Source of the DNA: Candidatus Micrarchaeia archaeon
Lineage (GTDB): Archaea; Micrarchaeota; Micrarchaeia; CABMEP01
Direction of reading: 5' to 3'
DNA: 64,000 bases
NCBI GenBank assembly: GCA_038881595.1
Contig: JAVZPM010000002.1
Coordinates: forward strand, 32,001-96,000
The notes beneath the pieces were generated by a model. The model worked only from the letters and a program-made list of their open reading frames with translations, did no database searches and was not told where the DNA came from. A program made the position numbers and the translations under genes. How positions within the stretch are numbered: the stretch's first letter is position 1; every line of letters starts with the position of its first letter. Shown here one piece after another: positions 40,241 through 50,051 of this stretch.

Positions 40241-42433
40241 TTAGTCCATAAAGTCCTTTGCTGTTGGAGGTTCTTTAGGTTCCCCTTTTCTTTCACGGAC
40301 TTTGGTTACTAATTCGTTCTGCAGTGAAGTTGGAACGAGCTCGTATCCTGCATATTCATGATACCAGATTGCTCTTCCCTGTGATGCAGATCTTAAATCA
40401 TTGGACATTCCAAATGTCTCTGATACTGGCAGCTTTGCCTTAACAGTGGATAAGTCTCCTTCCTGTCCAATCTCAAGTATTTCACCACGTCTTCCCTGCA
40501 ATGCAGTTATTATGTTTCCTGCATATTCCTGTGGTGATTGTACAAGGAATATTTGCTTAGGTTCCATGAGCCTTACTCCAGAGGTAAGCATGCTTGCATA
40601 GATAGGTCTTTTTATTGCAGGCATAATTTGTGCAGGACCTCTGTGTGCAGGATCTTCGTGAATTATTGCATCTGTTAACAATACCTTCACACCAACAACC
40701 TTTTCTTTTGCAAGAGGTCCCTTATCTACTGCTTCCTCGAATGCCTTGAGCACTAATTCCATAATTTCCTGCATGTACTGTACTCCTTTCGTTGCATCCA
40801 CAAGCACGCATCTGTTCTTTATGTCTAGGACCTTCTTTGCCTGATCTCTTTCCATTCCTGCCTCTACAAGCGCATCAACAATAGCCTTTCCTTTAGGTCT
40901 TCCCTCAGGAATCTTTCCTTCTACTATTGCATTGTAAACTCCTTCTTCAAGAGGTTCAACTTTTATCTTGAATTTGTTGTGTTTATTAGGTGATTTTCCT
41001 TCAAGTTCAGGCCCTGGTTTGAGTATTGTTTCTCTGTAAACCACGATTGGTGGTGATGTTTCTATTTCCACTCCTTTCTCCTTTGAAATTTTGTATTCTA
41101 CAATCTCAAGATGCAGTTCACCCATACCACTTATAAGGTGCTCACCGGTTTCCTGGTTGATCTCTACTTTAAGGGTTGGGTCTTCTTTTGACATCTGTCT
41201 TAGAACTTCAATTAACTTGACAAGATCTTTTGTGTTCTTTGCTTCTATAGACTTTGTAACTACAGGTTCAGAGTAGTGTTTTATCTGTTCGAATGGTTCA
41301 AAGTTCGGATTTTCACTTATTGTTTCTCCAACATAAAGATCTCTCAATCCCACTATCGCAGCAATGTTTCCTGCCGGCACTTCTTCTGCAGGGATTCTGT
41401 CTGGACCCATGTAAATTCCTACTTGTTGAACCTTTGCTGAAGTGTGTTTTGATGCAACAGTTAATTCTGTACCTTTTCTTACTGTTCCGCTGAATATTCT
41501 TGCAACTCCTACTTCTCCAGCATGCTTGTCTACAACCACACCGAATATAATTCCACATACCTTTGCATTAGGGTCAGTATTTAACATTGCCTTTCCATCT
41601 TCTGTGTTTAAATCACCGTGCCACAAGATTGGAATTCTATATACTTGTGCCTCTTGTGGGTTTGGAAGATGTTGGATTACCATTGTAAGAACGACCTCAT
41701 CTATTGGTGCCTTTTCAACCAATGTTTTGTGATCATTTTTAGTACACAACTCATATATATCTGTAAATTTAACTCCCTTTGACTTCATATATGCAAACGA
41801 TGTAGCCCACTTATTGAAAGCAGATCCGAAAGCAATGTTTCCTTTTTCTACATTTATCTTCCATTCATCTTTCTTGTCTGCAGGTGCATATTTGTCTATT
41901 AGCTTGTTTATATCTGTAATCAGTTTGACTAGTCTTTCTTGAGTCTGCTGTGGTGTGTATTTTAACTCATTGATTAATCTATCAATCTTATTAATGAATA
42001 CTGTTGGCTTTGATTTTTCCTTTAAAGCCTGTCTTAATACCGTTTCGGTTTGAGGCATAATACCTTCAACTGCGTCTACTACTAAAATAATTCCATCTAC
42101 CGCTCTCATTGCTCTTGTAACATGACCTCCGAAGTCTACGTGTCCTGGAGTGTCAATAAGATTGATGACATATGGCTCTCCGTTATACTCAAAACCGAGA
42201 GAGATGTTTGCAGATTTAATTGTAATTCCTCTCTTCTGTTCAAGTTCCTCAAAGTCCATGACTCTCTGTTCTCCTGCAAGCTCTTTGCTAATCAAGCCTG
42301 CCCTTGCTACTAGAGAATCTGCTAGTGTTGACTTACCATGATCTACGTGTGCCACTATAGCAATGTTTCTCACATACTTTAGATTTTTCATAATTTTCTG
42401 TACTTCTTCTACAACTAATTCTTTTCTTACCAT
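40241..42433 (-). CDS. fusA: Elongation factor 2
   Basis: AHVDHGKST, RGITI, DTPGH, NKID and the diphthamide loop HEDPAHRG. Confidence 0.98.
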   Translation of the reverse strand: MVRKELVVEEVQKIMKNLKYVRNIAIVAHVDHGKSTLADSLVARAGLISKELAGEQRVMDFEELEQKRGITIKSANISLGFEYNGEPYVINLIDTPGHVDFGGHVTRAMRAVDGIILVVDAVEGIMPQTETVLRQALKEKSKPTVFINKIDRLINELKYTPQQTQERLVKLITDINKLIDKYAPADKKDEWKINVEKGNIAFGSAFNKWATSFAYMKSKGVKFTDIYELCTKNDHKTLVEKAPIDEVVLTMVIQHLPNPQEAQVYRIPILWHGDLNTEDGKAMLNTDPNAKVCGIIFGVVVDKHAGEVGVARIFSGTVRKGTELTVASKHTSAKVQQVGIYMGPDRIPAEEVPAGNIAAIVGLRDLYVGETISENPNFEPFEQIKHYSEPVVTKSIEAKNTKDLVKLIEVLRQMSKEDPTLKVEINQETGEHLISGMGELHLEIVEYKISKEKGVEIETSPPIVVYRETILKPGPELEGKSPNKHNKFKIKVEPLEEGVYNAIVEGKIPEGRPKGKAIVDALVEAGMERDQAKKVLDIKNRCVLVDATKGVQYMQEIMELVLKAFEEAVDKGPLAKEKVVGVKVLLTDAIIHEDPAHRGPAQIMPAIKRPIYASMLTSGVRLMEPKQIFLVQSPQEYAGNIITALQGRRGEILEIGQEGDLSTVKAKLPVSETFGMSNDLRSASQGRAIWYHEYAGYELVPTSLQNELVTKVRERKGEPKEPPTAKDFMD

Positions 42434-42463
42434 AATACCTACCTTTATATCAATATAAATGAG

Positions 42464-42483
42464 AAAAGCGAGCGAAAGCCCGC
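42464..42483 (-). terminator. GC-rich hairpin plus U-tract between rps7 and EF-2
   Basis: Minus strand reads GCGGGC-TTTC-GCTCGC-TTTT; the stem is fully paired, with one G-U pair, only on the transcribed strand. Confidence 0.45.
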
Positions 42484-42502
42484 ATGAAAATAAAAGAAGA
42501 AT

Positions 42503-43108
42503 TTATCTTGCGCTTCTTGCCATTCTTTCTGTTTCATCCTTCTTCTTTATTGCATAGCTGTTTACATCTCCAGTTGCTGCAAGTATTATTTCATTTGCAA
42601 GCGCTTCTGCGAGTGTGGCTTTCTTATCGAAAGATGAAATTATTGCTGCAAGGCTTATGTTTCTAAGAGCCATGTCCACTCTTCTCTTTGGAGAAACGTC
42701 TACTGCAACCTGGTATCTTACTCCTCCGTATTCCACTCTTGTCACATCTTCTCTTGGAGCGCTGTTTTCTATTGCTTTTATGAGGTACTGGATTGGGTTT
42801 TGCTTTGTTTTTTCATGGATGATGTCGAAAGCTTCTTCTACTATTTTTATTACTCTTGTCTTTTTGCCTTGCAATTTTCCATGGGTTCTTATGAGCTTTC
42901 CTCCTACCTTTTCACCAGTTCCTCCTCTCATCAGCTTGTTTACGAGTCTTTCCACTATATTCTTTTCTATTCTTTTCTTTCTTTTTCCAACTCTACCAAA
43001 AGTGTGAGGCATTACTGAAGGTCTTAAATTTATGTAATCCTTCATTGTCTCATCAGTGATTTGTACATTGTAATCATATTTGTTGAAAAGCTTATCATTG
43101 ATTTCCAT
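42503..43108 (-). CDS. rps7: 30S ribosomal protein S7
   Basis: IVERLVNKLM, ENSAPRED, AVDVSP.RR and ERMARSAR. Confidence 0.97.
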   Translation of the reverse strand: MEINDKLFNKYDYNVQITDETMKDYINLRPSVMPHTFGRVGKRKKRIEKNIVERLVNKLMRGGTGEKVGGKLIRTHGKLQGKKTRVIKIVEEAFDIIHEKTKQNPIQYLIKAIENSAPREDVTRVEYGGVRYQVAVDVSPKRRVDMALRNISLAAIISSFDKKATLAEALANEIILAATGDVNSYAIKKKDETERMARSAR

Positions 43109-43146
43109 ATTATCACTCTATTAAATTAAATTAAGAGAATAGAAAA

Positions 43147-43569
43147 TCATCTTCTCGGTTTTTCTTTCTTACCTCTTCTTATCTCTTCAAGAGAAGTATT
43201 GTTTACGGCGATCACCTTGTATCTGACGCCAGGAATTGAACCCATCTGTCCTCTTTGTGATCCACCAAGTCCTTCTACTAAAACTTCATCATGTTCATCT
43301 ATGTGATTTATCGCTCCGTCTCTGGGTGCGAATGCAGTGATTATCTTTCCATTCTTTATCAACTGGATCTTTACACATTTGATAAGACCAGAGTGAGGCT
43401 GCTTTTGCTCAAGCACTTTCTTTTCTAACACTATTCCTCTTGCTGCATGAGCTCCCTCGAGAGGATCGTATTTCTCTTTGAGTTTTTCAACCTTTCTTCT
43501 CCATGTTTTCTTTAACCATCTGTATTTCTTTCTTTTCTTTAATATATCTCTTCCAGAGAATTCTCCCAT
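43147..43569 (-). CDS. rps12: 30S ribosomal protein S12
   Basis: DPLEGA, KQPHSG..KCV and IPGVRYKV. Confidence 0.97.
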   Translation of the reverse strand: MGEFSGRDILKKRKKYRWLKKTWRRKVEKLKEKYDPLEGAHAARGIVLEKKVLEQKQPHSGLIKCVKIQLIKNGKIITAFAPRDGAINHIDEHDEVLVEGLGGSQRGQMGSIPGVRYKVIAVNNTSLEEIRRGKKEKPRR

Positions 43570-43781
43570 ATAATTACACCTTATAATGTTTAACAGCTTC
43601 AGCTGATAAACTTAAGAACACTCATTTAGAGTGTTATAAGCATAAGTGTATTAACATATTAAGCCCGATGCACAGAAAAAGTTCTGTAAGGGCAGCATTG
43701 ATGAAATTTGAATATATATTAGAGATGATACATAATATATATGTTTGTAGTGTTTTTAAATCTTATTTTATTACTCTTCAA

Positions 43782-44183
43782 TCATGCTCTTATCTCAATT
43801 TTCTTAAAGTTTCTTTCAACAAGTATATTTGCGAGCTTTATTTTATTTCCACCTCTTCCGATGACATACTTCCTATCTTCAGAGCTAGTTATTATCTTAG
43901 CAGTGTTACCTTCTATTACAACATTCACTTTTATAGGTGCAAATATGTTGCTAATAAATCTTTCGAGTTCTTCAGACCATTCTACAACTACTATATCTCT
44001 TTTAAGTTTCTTTTTAAGACTATTAATCATCTTTCCTCCAGGTCCTATAACCTTTCCAACATCTCCTTCTGCAACTACTATAGCAAGCGTTTTCCCATCA
44101 TCATATACATCTCTTATTGCTGCGCGAGTTGCATCCTGAAGGAACATCATCATTTTAATGTCTTCATTAGATAGTTTTGTCAT
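43782..44183 (-). CDS. nusA: Archaeal NusA (two KH domains)
   Basis: GKVIGPGG and VIGRGG KH motifs; expected operon position. Confidence 0.92.
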   Translation of the reverse strand: MTKLSNEDIKMMMFLQDATRAAIRDVYDDGKTLAIVVAEGDVGKVIGPGGKMINSLKKKLKRDIVVVEWSEELERFISNIFAPIKVNVVIEGNTAKIITSSEDRKYVIGRGGNKIKLANILVERNFKKIEIRA

Positions 44184-44206
44184 TAGATCTCCTTTTTTTT
44201 TATACT

Positions 44207-44509
44207 TTACTCAGCGATTTTTAGAATCTCTGAATCACCAGGTTCTATTATGGCCATCATAAGTACAGGAAAAGGTTTTCCAGCTAATGATCCTAACTCT
44301 AGTGATGGATAATTCAATTCCTTATAAGGAACTTTGGAATTTTTACATATTTCTATTATTTCATTCTTCAAATTTTTTGGGCAATTTCCAGCTAAAAGTA
44401 TAAGCTTTGCATTTCCACGTGCAGCTAGATATTTGCAGGTTCTTGTTCCAAATTCTACCTTTCCAGTGTCAACGCATATTCTTATTGATTTTTCAATATC
44501 TATATTCAT
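44207..44509 (-). CDS. rpl30e: 50S ribosomal protein L30e
   Basis: TGKV..G, ELG...GKPF and GDSEIL. Confidence 0.95.
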   Translation of the reverse strand: MNIDIEKSIRICVDTGKVEFGTRTCKYLAARGNAKLILLAGNCPKNLKNEIIEICKNSKVPYKELNYPSLELGSLAGKPFPVLMMAIIEPGDSEILKIAE

Positions 44510-44536
44510 ATTTTCACCCTATAGTAAAATCAATTT

Positions 44537-45562
44537 TTATTTAGTTTCATGTTTCATTGTAAGCTTAACAAGACCAGTTCCTAATGGAACAGGTTGTCCT
44601 ATTAGTATGTTTTCAGTTACTCCTTTCAATCTATCTTCTTCTCCATTTATTGCAGCATTAACTAAGTGTTTAACAGTTTCTTCAAATGCTGCTCTTGCAA
44701 GAACAGACGGTTTTCTTCCGCTAAGACCATGTCTTCCTACTGAAATAACCTCTCCATCAACAGTCATCGCGTCCGCAAGAAGACAGATATGTCTTATATC
44801 AACATCTGTTTTCTGAATTTTCATAGTAGTATATATCTCATTAACTATTGCATTTCTTGCAGCTTCTATTCCAAATAAATTGTAGATTTCAATTATGTCA
44901 TTTGTAATGGATCTGGTAGGATCTACATATGGTAATTTAAATAATTCTGTAAGGTTTGATCCTCCTGCAATAATTATCCATTCACCATTTTCATCTTGGG
45001 TTACAACTGGTTTTGTTATTCCACTAACACCTTTAATATGTAGATTTTTCAATTTATTTGTGAATTTTCTTAACATTCTTAATGGTGTATTTTTGGCTAT
45101 AAGAAGAACTTTATCAGCTTGATGTTTCATTGTAATGTTAGGTTCTAATTCTGCCTTTATTTTCTTCTTTACTTGAATCAGATCTATATTTCTTTGCTTT
45201 ATTTCATTTTTGTCTATCTTTATCAATACTTGTTTCTTTTTAAAGTCTTCAGAAAAAGTTGCAATATCATTGAGTATAACTTGGTCTATCTCATTTGCTA
45301 TTTCTTCTACTTTTTTCTTGTCTTTATATTTCTCTTTGAGGTATATCATAACGATGGGTTTTTTAGGTTTCTTTTTTGCATCTACTATTTCAATGAGTCT
45401 TGGAAGACCAGTTGGTACTGCCTCGACTACACCAGGAAGGTGGAAGGTACGCATAGTCATTTGTGTTCCAGGTTCACCTAAGGAATGTGCAGTAAGTATC
45501 CCTACTCCTTCTCCAGGGGTTATCATAATATCTTTTTTCTCTTTATCAATATGCTTTGTCAT
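44537..45562 (-). CDS. rpoA2: RNA polymerase subunit A'' (Rpo1C)
   Basis: GEPGTQMTMRTFH, GLPRLIE and ARAAFE; start moved to the ATG at 45562, which has a GGTGAT RBS. Confidence 0.96.
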   Translation of the reverse strand: MTKHIDKEKKDIMITPGEGVGILTAHSLGEPGTQMTMRTFHLPGVVEAVPTGLPRLIEIVDAKKKPKKPIVMIYLKEKYKDKKKVEEIANEIDQVILNDIATFSEDFKKKQVLIKIDKNEIKQRNIDLIQVKKKIKAELEPNITMKHQADKVLLIAKNTPLRMLRKFTNKLKNLHIKGVSGITKPVVTQDENGEWIIIAGGSNLTELFKLPYVDPTRSITNDIIEIYNLFGIEAARNAIVNEIYTTMKIQKTDVDIRHICLLADAMTVDGEVISVGRHGLSGRKPSVLARAAFEETVKHLVNAAINGEEDRLKGVTENILIGQPVPLGTGLVKLTMKHETK

Positions 45563-45578
45563 TATATCACCATTATAT

Positions 45579-48173
45579 TTATTCTTTTTCAGGTACACCT
45601 ACAGGTGTTAATAGCTCTTCTTTTATTTTCTTTATTTTCATAGTGTCTCTTCCATCTCCACCGTATATGAATTGTATTATCTTTCCACTTCCGTCTCTAA
45701 CACTGTAATCATCTTTTACAACTAAGTCCTGAAGTGCATTAATCATTCTTCTTTGCATGTATCCTGATCTTGCAGTTCTTATTGCAGTGTTAACTATAGA
45801 TTCTCTTGCAGACATGGATTGGAAGAAGTACTCAATTGGATTAAGACCATCTATGAAATTGGATCTAATAAATCCTCGAGCTACAGCACTTAAATCCTTT
45901 GGTTTGAAGTGAGAGAGCGTTCTATATCTATACCCTCTATGTAATCTTTTTTCTCTTACTACTTGCTGTGCGATTGCTCCAGACATCTGAGTAACGTTTG
46001 TCATAGAACCTCTTGCTCCGATCTTTGCTATTATAATCGCCTTATTTTCCTGACCTAAGTCCTCTTCTAATACTTTACTTATATCGTTTCTAATTTTTCC
46101 AAGAGTATCAACTGATTTACTCTCTAAGGTTTCTTTAAGGCTCTTTCCAGGTTCTCTTTCAAGAGTTTTATTCTTATATTGCATTATGTATACATTTACT
46201 TGCTTTTCTGCATTTTCAACAATTTCTTTGATCTTTTTCTTTCCTTCTTCAGATATAGTATAATCCTTCAAACTTACAGTCATTCCCTTTATAGTTATAA
46301 TTTCAGCTGCAATTCTTCCGATAGCATCTATGAATTTTCTTGCTTCTTCATTTCCATAATTTAGGGTTATTGCTTCTACAATCGCATTTAACGATTTCTT
46401 TTCAAAGTATCCACTTATTACTTTTCCATCTTTTATTTCAACAATGCTTTTATCACTTCCTTTCTTTCCAATTTTAGATTCAACTCTAAGATTCAATCCC
46501 TTTGGCAAAATTTGAGAGAGTATCAATTTTCCACTATATCTATCTTTTACATCTGGTTTAGGAAGTTCATATATTCCTGCCATAGCTAAAAGGTCTGCTG
46601 CTTGACTTTTTGTAAAGGTTGTTTCATCCAGCGATAAGAGATAGGTTCCAGTTATACGATCTTGTGTTGGTCCGATTATTGCATGTCCATGACGTGGTGA
46701 AATGATTTGTTTCTCTACTAGCATTAATGTTTCGGCCTCTGCTCTTGCCTCTTCTTTCTGAGGAACATGTATATTCATTTCATCTCCATCGAAATCAGCA
46801 TTGTATGGAGTTGTAACAGATGGCGGAACTCTGAATGTTTTTCCAGGTAATATCTTTACTCTGTGGGCCATTATAGACATTCTGTGGAGTGATGGATAAC
46901 GATTGAATAATACTATATCTCCATCCATGAGTTGTCTTTCAACAGTCCATCCAGCAGCAATTTCCTTTATTAATTCTTCTTTATTAGCATCTGTAACCTT
47001 TCTTCTTCTTCCGTTTGGAGAGGTTACATAAATAGCTCTTGGTTTTTCGTTTGAATTTATCATTTTCTTGCATTCTTCAAGGTTCCAGTCAGTAACTTTT
47101 ACAGGTACAGTTAATTCATCAGCTATCTGTTGTGGCACTCCTACTTCATTTATAGATATACATCCATCTGGAGATACTACAGTTCTTGCACTGAAGTTTA
47201 CTCTCTTTCCAGAAAGGTTATATCTGAATCTTCCCTCCTTCCCTTTGAGACGTTGTGCCAATGTTTTTAATGGCATTCCTGATCTGTGTGTTGCAGGAGG
47301 TATGTTAGGACTTTCATTATTGAAATAAGTAGTAACATGGTATTGTAAGAGTTCCCATAAATCTTCTATGATAAGTTGTGGCGCTCCTGCGTTTATATTA
47401 GATTCCAATCTCTGATTTATTCTCAAAACTTCTACAAGTTTATGAGTAAGGTTGTCTTCGCTTCTTTCACCGCTTTCAAGAGTTATAGAAGGTCTCACAT
47501 TGACAGGTGGGACAGGTAAAACAGTGAGAACTGCCCATTCGGGTCTGCTGTATTCTGGATCAAAGCCAAGTTCTCTTAAGTCGTCATCTGAAATCTTTGC
47601 AAGCCTATCTCTTACCTCTGTAGGAAGCATTAATCTGTCATCTTCATAGAAGTTGGTTGGTCTTTCAAACTTTATTTCTTTTTGTTCAGTTTGACAGTGA
47701 GGACATTTTTTAACTTTCTTAGTTCTTGCAAGAAATGTTGCAATCATTTCATCTCTTGTCATTAAGCTACTTTTTATTTCATCTATTTCCTCCTTTGCAA
47801 GTAGTACCTTTCCACATGAATTACAAGTTGACCTTAGAAACATATATATCATTGGAGCAAATTCTGGATGTATCACAGGCCTTATCAGTTCTATTGAACC
47901 AAAGTGACCAGGGCAAGTTCTGACTGTTCCTCCACATGTCTTGCATCTTAAACCAGGATCTATAACACCCATTCTTAAGTCTGCAAACCCTCCTTCGATA
48001 GGATACCCATCATCATTATATGTATCAGGTACAAAAAGTTTTACTGCAGACATTTTTCTAATCATCTCTGGAGAGAAAAGAGTGAATTTTATCTTACTTA
48101 TGTATTTTTCTAAAATTTCATTTTCATCCAATGTAACCACGATACCACCATTAATGTTATAAAAACTATTCAT
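45579..48173 (-). CDS. rpoA1: RNA polymerase subunit A' (Rpo1N)
   Basis: NADFDGD active site, CPGHFG and GKRVNFSAR; the true start may be a few codons downstream. Confidence 0.98.
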   Translation of the reverse strand: MNSFYNINGGIVVTLDENEILEKYISKIKFTLFSPEMIRKMSAVKLFVPDTYNDDGYPIEGGFADLRMGVIDPGLRCKTCGGTVRTCPGHFGSIELIRPVIHPEFAPMIYMFLRSTCNSCGKVLLAKEEIDEIKSSLMTRDEMIATFLARTKKVKKCPHCQTEQKEIKFERPTNFYEDDRLMLPTEVRDRLAKISDDDLRELGFDPEYSRPEWAVLTVLPVPPVNVRPSITLESGERSEDNLTHKLVEVLRINQRLESNINAGAPQLIIEDLWELLQYHVTTYFNNESPNIPPATHRSGMPLKTLAQRLKGKEGRFRYNLSGKRVNFSARTVVSPDGCISINEVGVPQQIADELTVPVKVTDWNLEECKKMINSNEKPRAIYVTSPNGRRRKVTDANKEELIKEIAAGWTVERQLMDGDIVLFNRYPSLHRMSIMAHRVKILPGKTFRVPPSVTTPYNADFDGDEMNIHVPQKEEARAEAETLMLVEKQIISPRHGHAIIGPTQDRITGTYLLSLDETTFTKSQAADLLAMAGIYELPKPDVKDRYSGKLILSQILPKGLNLRVESKIGKKGSDKSIVEIKDGKVISGYFEKKSLNAIVEAITLNYGNEEARKFIDAIGRIAAEIITIKGMTVSLKDYTISEEGKKKIKEIVENAEKQVNVYIMQYKNKTLEREPGKSLKETLESKSVDTLGKIRNDISKVLEEDLGQENKAIIIAKIGARGSMTNVTQMSGAIAQQVVREKRLHRGYRYRTLSHFKPKDLSAVARGFIRSNFIDGLNPIEYFFQSMSARESIVNTAIRTARSGYMQRRMINALQDLVVKDDYSVRDGSGKIIQFIYGGDGRDTMKIKKIKEELLTPVGVPEKE

Positions 48174-50004
48174 CTGTCTTATTGCTTGTAATCATTCTCG
48201 GGAATATTCCAAGTGATTTTATTTCATCAATTAGGAGTTTGAATGCATAAGACATTTCTACTTGTGAGAAGTTTGTAGAATCGCAGATAGGACAGATTGG
48301 TTTGTTCTTTAGATAGTCATAATATGCAAATGATCCACAATCATTGCAGATTATTTGGACTGTTTTATCAGATTCATCCATTAAACGCTCTTTTAGTAGC
48401 ATTGTTGCTCCATATCCTATAATACAGTCTCTTTCCATTTCACCTAATCTAAGACCACCTTCTCTTGATCTTCCTTCTGTTGGTTGGTGGGTCAAAAGTT
48501 GTACTGGACCTCTGCTTCTTGCATGTATTTTGTTAGAGACAAGATGCTGTAGTCTTTGATAGTAGATTACACCTATGAATATTTCTGCTTCAATTCTTTC
48601 TCCTGTAACACCATCATAAAGAACTTCATAACCATCAGATTCAAATCCATATTTCTTTAAAGTTTCTTTGGCCTCCTCCAAATTCGCTGGTGTGAAAGTA
48701 GTTCCATCAACACGTTTTCCTTCGAAACAAGCAGCCTTTCCTAAGAGTGTTTCAAGAAGATGACCAACTGTCATACGAGAAGGAATTGCATGTGGGTTAA
48801 TAATCAAATCAGGTACGATACCGTCTTTTGTAAATGGCATACTCTCCTGAGGCACAAGTAACCCTATAACTCCTTTTTGTCCATGTCTAGATGCAACTTT
48901 ATCACCATTTTCTGGTATTTTAGTTTCTCTTACTCTAACTTTTACCATTTTGTTTCCAGATGGACTTTGAGTAATAAGAACAGAGTCAACAATTCCTTTT
49001 TCTTCTGCCTTAAGGGTAACCGAACTTTCTTTCTTTTTCTCTTCAGCAATTCCAAATGCGCTTACTTCTTCAAGGAATCTTGGAGGAGAGGTTTTTCCTA
49101 TTAACACATCTCTTCCTCCTACTTCTACCCCTGGTGAGATTAATCCGTCCTCATCTAAATACTTATATGCTGTCTCTCCTCTATATCCGTTAACTGTAGG
49201 AGCAGGAATTTCAAATCTATCCTTTTGTCCTCCTGGATATCTTCTTTCCTCTGTTGAATATGTTTTAAACATTTCAACTCTAAGTAATCCTCTATCTACA
49301 GCAGATTTGTTAACAACAACCGCATCTTCCATGTTGAATCCTCTATAACTCATTACTGCAACAACCAAATTATTTCCTCCGATTCTTTTATCAGTTCCAA
49401 GTATTCTTTGAGGTCTAGTTGTTACAATTGGAGTTTGAGGATAAAACATTACATATGCCTTTGTATCATATCTTAATGAATAATTGGAAGCAAATAACCC
49501 AAGTGCCTGTTTAGCCATAGAGCAAGCCATGGTAGTTCTTGGTGATGAATTGTATTCTTGCATTGGCAGTTGAGATGTGACAAAACTGAGTATACCTACA
49601 GGATCAATTTCAAGATGTGTATGCTCTGGTGTTATGTCTTCTTCTCTAACTGCTATGTAAGAAAGAGTATCTTCCTCTCCTGGATCCAAATATTCTATTA
49701 TACCGTTTCTTATTAAATCCTTCCATTCGATTTCGTTGTTTTTTATTTTTGCTTTGATTTCTGGGGTTAGTTTTGATTTTCCATTTTCTACTATTATTAA
49801 AGGTCTTCTGCTTCTGCCTCCATCGCTGTTTATGTAGACTTCTTTAAGCTTCGGATAAAATTCTACATTAACCTCGTGATTTATTTCTCCATTTCTTCTT
49901 TTTCTAATTATTTCACGTACAAGCTCTTCACCATTTGGATGAGAACCAACAATTTTACCATTAAGATATACTATGAATTCATCATTTTTCTTTGCCACGT
50001 TCAC
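48166..50004 (-). CDS. rpoB1: RNA polymerase subunit B' (Rpo2C)
   Basis: GDKVASRHGQKG, NPHAIPSRMT and GGLRLGEMERD. Confidence 0.98.
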   Translation of the reverse strand: MNVAKKNDEFIVYLNGKIVGSHPNGEELVREIIRKRRNGEINHEVNVEFYPKLKEVYINSDGGRSRRPLIIVENGKSKLTPEIKAKIKNNEIEWKDLIRNGIIEYLDPGEEDTLSYIAVREEDITPEHTHLEIDPVGILSFVTSQLPMQEYNSSPRTTMACSMAKQALGLFASNYSLRYDTKAYVMFYPQTPIVTTRPQRILGTDKRIGGNNLVVAVMSYRGFNMEDAVVVNKSAVDRGLLRVEMFKTYSTEERRYPGGQKDRFEIPAPTVNGYRGETAYKYLDEDGLISPGVEVGGRDVLIGKTSPPRFLEEVSAFGIAEEKKKESSVTLKAEEKGIVDSVLITQSPSGNKMVKVRVRETKIPENGDKVASRHGQKGVIGLLVPQESMPFTKDGIVPDLIINPHAIPSRMTVGHLLETLLGKAACFEGKRVDGTTFTPANLEEAKETLKKYGFESDGYEVLYDGVTGERIEAEIFIGVIYYQRLQHLVSNKIHARSRGPVQLLTHQPTEGRSREGGLRLGEMERDCIIGYGATMLLKERLMDESDKTVQIICNDCGSFAYYDYLKNKPICPICDSTNFSQVEMSYAFKLLIDEIKSLGIFPRMITSNKTDE

Positions 50005-50051
50005 ACCTTTTAATTTAGTATTAACATTAAATATTGAAATTTATCATCGAC

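Noticed and set aside
40241..42433. Atypical, diphthamide-less EF-2
   Set aside because: The target His in HEDPAHRG is intact.
43668..45611. Plus-strand ORFs overlapping nusA, rpl30e and rpoA2
   Set aside because: They are antisense shadows of well-supported core genes.
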